DNA of 20,000 bases from an uncultured virus (IMG/VR IMGVR_UViG_3300028184_000121). Its lineage: Duplodnaviria; Heunggongvirae; Uroviricota; Caudoviricetes. How positions within the stretch are numbered: position 1 is the stretch's first letter; each line of letters opens with the position of its first letter. Position numbers and translations under genes: made by a program. The stretch covers positions 53,337 to 73,336 of the IMG/VR virus record IMGVR_UViG_3300028184_000121, one strand, 5' to 3'. The notes under the pieces were generated by a model. That model did not search any database, had not been told where the DNA came from, and was given only the letters and a program-made list of their open reading frames with translations. Positions 16,552 through 20,000 of this stretch are shown here, one piece after another.

Positions 16552-16589
16552 CATATAAATAATGTATGTTTTAGAATACCGTTATTCCG
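16552..16589 (-). promoter_or_regulatory. Bipartite early promoter variant CGGAATAA-N14-ATACATTATT
   Basis: One mismatch in each element with the same 14-nt spacing. The upstream element overlaps the stop codon at 16582. Confidence 0.55.
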
Positions 16590-17058
16590 TTTCTGGTCCA
16601 GGGATATAAATATGGAAAGCTATACTTGTCATAACCTTTGGTATATTACGCTTTCCACTCTTACGTATCTCTGTAAAGGTAGACTTTGTAACGATTGGCT
16701 TACTATAATCTCCGTAACATATTTCCTCCATCTCATCTCGACTACATGCACGGATACCAATACCAAACGTTCCTAGAAGAACATGAATGCGCTTCATGTC
16801 GCATATATACTCGTTGTCATGCTTTACAACTTCTTTGTAAGCATACCCTGACATCTCTTCGAATGTAGGAATACCATGCTTTCCAATATGTATACCAACA
16901 TGAACACATTTTGTCCAGTTGTCATCTAAAGCATTGATAATCTTATTAATCTTCTTTTTAGACAATCCTAGATTACCTAATTCTAAATAATGATATAATG
17001 GCTCGATACCCGCTGGGGTATCGAACACTTCGTATGGTATAAACTGACTTACTCGCAT
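16582..17058 (-). CDS. Paralog-array member, 158 aa
   Basis: SD AAGGGGAG. Motifs LSKKKINKI, VGIHIG, IHVLLGTFGIG, FHIYIP. Confidence 0.8.
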   Translation of the reverse strand: MRVSQFIPYEVFDTPAGIEPLYHYLELGNLGLSKKKINKIINALDDNWTKCVHVGIHIGKHGIPTFEEMSGYAYKEVVKHDNEYICDMKRIHVLLGTFGIGIRACSRDEMEEICYGDYSKPIVTKSTFTEIRKSGKRNIPKVMTSIAFHIYIPGPETE

Positions 17059-17074
17059 AATAAAACTCTCCCTT

Positions 17075-17617
17075 TCACTTCATTTTAGGTGGTACGTATA
17101 TGTATAAGAAATACATCGGACGTCGATGCTCAACCGGTTTCAATTTTCCGACAGGATATGGAAGACTAAACTCTATTGTATTAACATTTGAAAATGCTCG
17201 TGTAATAAATGCAATAGGACCTCTATCATTCTCTGGAATATTCCCATTATAGAAACAATCTACACTACCACCATAAATACACCAAGTATCCACTCTATCC
17301 GATAAATTTGTTGAACGTGGACCTGGAATACCCGATTCTAACATGAACTTTCTATCCATTAATATCGGTACAATATTAATACTATTACTAATTGTCAATG
17401 GATATAAACGCTCAGCAATATAGTGCGCGTCATACATTGGTAAAAATGCTTCACATCTTCCATGTAATGTATATGCCCATTGATTTATAATAGCTGTGGT
17501 CTGTTCCGATCTACGGGAAGTTATATCTGGTAGATAATGCATTAGAGGTAAGAATGCCTCTTTCTGAAATTTGTTAAATTGTTGAATGTGATCATCGTAT
17601 ACGAACATATGACTCAA
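17075..17617 (-). CDS. Diverged paralog-array member (TTG 17617 or ATG 17608 start)
   Basis: Motifs WCIYGG and LYIYVP. Shares an N-terminal Q[KR]EAF...[AW]AY.LH segment with 17614-18240. Confidence 0.7.
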   Translation of the reverse strand: MSHMFVYDDHIQQFNKFQKEAFLPLMHYLPDITSRRSEQTTAIINQWAYTLHGRCEAFLPMYDAHYIAERLYPLTISNSINIVPILMDRKFMLESGIPGPRSTNLSDRVDTWCIYGGSVDCFYNGNIPENDRGPIAFITRAFSNVNTIEFSLPYPVGKLKPVEHRRPMYFLYIYVPPKMK

Positions 17618-18240
17618 ATCCCTTCCCCTTGGAATAGCTCATATCTATCTCTACATCCTTCAAAGATATGTATTGTGTACTCATGACGGAGACAGTTACG
17701 TCTCGGCTGATAAGCCATATGGTCATACATAAGATATTCTTTCCTGCTGTCCACATAATAATTCTCCTTCTCTCTCTCATATATTAATTCATTTATCTCT
17801 ATTTTTTCTAATACCACAATTAGTTTAGGCTCTTTATCAGGCATTTCCTGACAAGAGGAATTGTAAAAGTGTTGTGTAGGTAATCCTTTTAAAACTATGT
17901 TTTCAGTTCTCTTTTCTAACCCAGTTCTATTATTCATAACACTACTAGGTTGACAAGCTTTTAAAAATTCATATTTATTATCAGTATATATTTCAAATCC
18001 CCAATCATGTATTGGTATTTCTAATTGTATATTAAACCAAACCTCTGCAACTTCACATGCTGCTTCCCAGCTTAGTCTACCCTTACTATGGTTATGTAGA
18101 TAATATGCTAAAGAAGTAACATTGCTTGCACGTGTTTTACCTGTAGTAAACATGCTAGGTTTGTGATACCAGCAGAGGTGTAATAACTGATCAAAAGCTT
18201 CTCGTTGAGAATAGTTTAATGTATTTGGGTCTAATTTCAT
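17614..18240 (-). CDS. Diverged paralog-array member (start revised to MKLDP...)
   Basis: ATG 18240 with SD AAGGGAG. Motifs FEIYTD, FLKAC, IVLKG, TIHIFEG. Confidence 0.7.
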   Translation of the reverse strand: MKLDPNTLNYSQREAFDQLLHLCWYHKPSMFTTGKTRASNVTSLAYYLHNHSKGRLSWEAACEVAEVWFNIQLEIPIHDWGFEIYTDNKYEFLKACQPSSVMNNRTGLEKRTENIVLKGLPTQHFYNSSCQEMPDKEPKLIVVLEKIEINELIYEREKENYYVDSRKEYLMYDHMAYQPRRNCLRHEYTIHIFEGCRDRYELFQGEGI

Positions 18241-18261
18241 AGCCAACTCTCCCTTTGACTT

Positions 18262-18293
18262 AATAAAAGACAATAAGGGAATATCCCTTATTG
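18262..18293 (-). terminator. Probable intrinsic terminator
   Basis: Stem CAATAAGGGA/TCCCTTATTG followed by TCTTTTATT. Confidence 0.65.
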
Positions 18294-18593
18294 CTTAAAT
18301 AGTTCCATGCGTTTATCATAATCTCTCATAATAAAGTTATGATAATCATTTGGTTGCATTGGAAATGATTTTATTATTTCATTTATAGACATTTTCTTTA
18401 TCTCATCTGTCAACATTTGATGACGTACTAAAGTAAATATTGATCTATATTGATTTTGTACTTGCTTATAAACTGTAGGTCTGATTAAACCTCCATGTTT
18501 ATCCTGTAACTTTATCATAGCTGAAATCGCAGAACGCTCCATCTTGTGCTTCCATATAAATTTTGCTATCTTTAGTTTTGTATGATAAAACAT
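18288..18593 (-). CDS. Hypothetical basic protein, 101 aa
   Basis: ORF with SD-like GAAGGTG. Fills the gap between two terminators. Confidence 0.65.
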   Translation of the reverse strand: MFYHTKLKIAKFIWKHKMERSAISAMIKLQDKHGGLIRPTVYKQVQNQYRSIFTLVRHQMLTDEIKKMSINEIIKSFPMQPNDYHNFIMRDYDKRMELFKQ

Positions 18594-18617
18594 AGAGACA
18601 CCTTCTTTCTTTTTAGT

Positions 18618-18652
18618 AAAAAATAAAAGCTGGTGACAATTAAGTCACCCAC
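18618..18652 (-). terminator. Intrinsic terminator after recA
   Basis: Stem GGTGAC/GTCACC plus TTTTATTTTT. Confidence 0.7.
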
Positions 18653-18657
18653 AGGTA

Positions 18658-19944
18658 TTATGCAGCGAACTCACTTGGATCGTTGTACGCTGATACGATA
18701 TTCGCCATTACATCATCCACTGACATGTCTGTAGAAGAACCTAAATCATGTTTCGGAATATATGTATTGAATACCTCTAAGCTTAAATCTCTCATTGCTT
18801 CTCTCATGATTGGTTCTTCGTAGAACTTCTTCAGGAAGCCTTTCTGTTGGAACTTCATATGTTCTAAGCCATCGAAGTAATACCAACCAGAACCACGTAT
18901 TGCTCCCGCCTCTTTCAGAGTCACGAAGTTTGTAAGCATCCGGTCGAATCCATAATCTTGGTTGTAGACCATCTTAACTTCTTGACCTGCACGGTTTGTA
19001 CGTGATTTAACTAGCTGTACTTTACTGTAGAATCCGTTAATACCGAACTCTTTCTCATCAGTTAACTTCGTGCTTGTAGTGAACTTGATGATGTTATTTG
19101 ATAAGTATAATGCCATGTGACCACCTGGTAATGTTTCATCTTGTTTCAGGTAGTTGATTTGTGCTGCTTTAGGCATATTAGAAATATTTACGTTTTGGTT
19201 GATGTGGTTAACCACAAATAAGATTACGTTTGCTTTTGCTAAGTCAGGCGCAATCGTACGGAAGATACGAGCATTTGTTTTTGCTTGAGAAGTTGTACTC
19301 ATTTGTCCTGCTAACTTCTCTTCTTCCGTTAAGTCCTTCGGCATTAATAATGGAAGTGAATCCAAAATAATTACTGAAGGGATAATTTTATAAATCGGTT
19401 TACCGTATGAATTAAATAATCCTGTAAAGTATGTAAACTCTTCAGGCATTTTCGCTGCCGCTTCCATCTTCTGATTACAGTGGATTTTAACACGCTCATA
19501 GAAGCTCTCTGCTGTAATCCCTTGTTGTCGTAAGATGTAACGATGCTGAACCATAGCTGGTGTCCAACCAGATACGTTCTGAATACGTGATTTAGAAGAA
19601 CCACGTTCTAAGTCTTCATGTATAATTACGGAGTTAGGATATGGTGCTACAATCGAAGTAGCTGCTTGTACAGCGAACGTTGTTTTAGCTGTACCTGCTT
19701 TACCGATACACATTACAATTGTACCGTCACCAATCCCTAAACATTGGTTCTGATAAGAACCGCCATCTACTATGTTGTCAATCGTGTTGTACATACCATT
19801 CTTAAAATCTAATGGTAAGAATGTTGTAGGATACCCAATAGCTACATCTACTTCAGATGACATACTAGGGTCTTTTGATTTACGAGTTTCTGCTCGAAAC
19901 ATGTCTGCTAGTTTACTTTGACCAGCTGTGTTATATAATTGCAT
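18658..19944 (-). CDS. recA: RecA/UvsX-like recombinase (start revised to MQLYN...)
   Basis: PTTFLPLD, Walker A GKAGTAKTT, HEDLERG, Walker B VIILDSLP, QAKTNARIFR, ILFVVNHI, LPGGHMALY, VKSRT, GAIRGSGWYY. SD AGGAGG. Confidence 0.9.
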   Translation of the reverse strand: MQLYNTAGQSKLADMFRAETRKSKDPSMSSEVDVAIGYPTTFLPLDFKNGMYNTIDNIVDGGSYQNQCLGIGDGTIVMCIGKAGTAKTTFAVQAATSIVAPYPNSVIIHEDLERGSSKSRIQNVSGWTPAMVQHRYILRQQGITAESFYERVKIHCNQKMEAAAKMPEEFTYFTGLFNSYGKPIYKIIPSVIILDSLPLLMPKDLTEEEKLAGQMSTTSQAKTNARIFRTIAPDLAKANVILFVVNHINQNVNISNMPKAAQINYLKQDETLPGGHMALYLSNNIIKFTTSTKLTDEKEFGINGFYSKVQLVKSRTNRAGQEVKMVYNQDYGFDRMLTNFVTLKEAGAIRGSGWYYFDGLEHMKFQQKGFLKKFYEEPIMREAMRDLSLEVFNTYIPKHDLGSSTDMSVDDVMANIVSAYNDPSEFAA

Positions 19945-19960
19945 ATCCTCTTTTCCTCCT

Positions 19961-20000
19961 AAGAAAAAATAATATAAAGCTAGACACATGAGTGCCTAGC
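19961..20000 (-). terminator. Probable terminator of the gene beyond the right edge
   Basis: GCTAGGCAC-TCAT-GTGTCTAGC followed by a U-rich tract on the minus strand. Confidence 0.6.

Noticed and set aside
2377..16776. Other short plus-strand ORFs (2377, 6311, 6660, 8939, 10349, 10375, 12195, 14493, 15464, 16522)
   Set aside because: All lie antisense to well-supported minus-strand genes, and all promoter and terminator signals point in the minus direction.
5373..18240. Diversity-generating retroelement as the source of paralog diversity
   Set aside because: No reverse transcriptase, and I saw no near-identical template/variable repeat pair differing only at adenines in this window.
9944..19604. 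Out-of-frame minus-strand ORFs 9944-10177, 11481-11867, 17592-17780 and 19371-19604
   Set aside because: They overlap real genes in another frame, two run through terminators and promoters, and none has a clear SD.
7566..19989. Upstream starts in the ORF track (7673, 8780, 13372, 13963, 15227, 18273, 19989; also 1957)
   Set aside because: Downstream ATGs have properly spaced SD sequences, while most of the extensions overlap neighbouring genes, leaders or terminators.

Overview
AT-rich window from a phiKZ/AR9(PBS1)-like jumbo phage, probably infecting a Bacillus (B. cereus-group-type endolysin, strong Firmicutes-type Shine-Dalgarno sites). All supported genes are on the minus strand. Recognisable genes are an NAD-dependent DNA ligase (runs off the left edge and is missing from the ORF track), a winged-helix protein, the beta C-terminal subunit of a phage multisubunit RNA polymerase, a GH25+SH3 endolysin and a RecA/UvsX recombinase. 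Between the RNAP subunit and RecA (5373-18240) lies an array of about 19 highly diverged paralogous genes (mostly 150-215 aa) that I cannot assign to a known family. They share a mid-protein [VI]x[VIF]Y(F)G strand and a C-terminal L[HR][IV]Y[IV]P strand. The array is divided into transcription units by an early-type promoter motif (AYAYATTATA, in four cases with a second element CGTAAYAA exactly 14 nt upstream) and by intrinsic terminators. Five members are preceded by a conserved, covarying double-hairpin leader that abuts the RBS. Family assignments come from motif recognition by eye; no database search was run.
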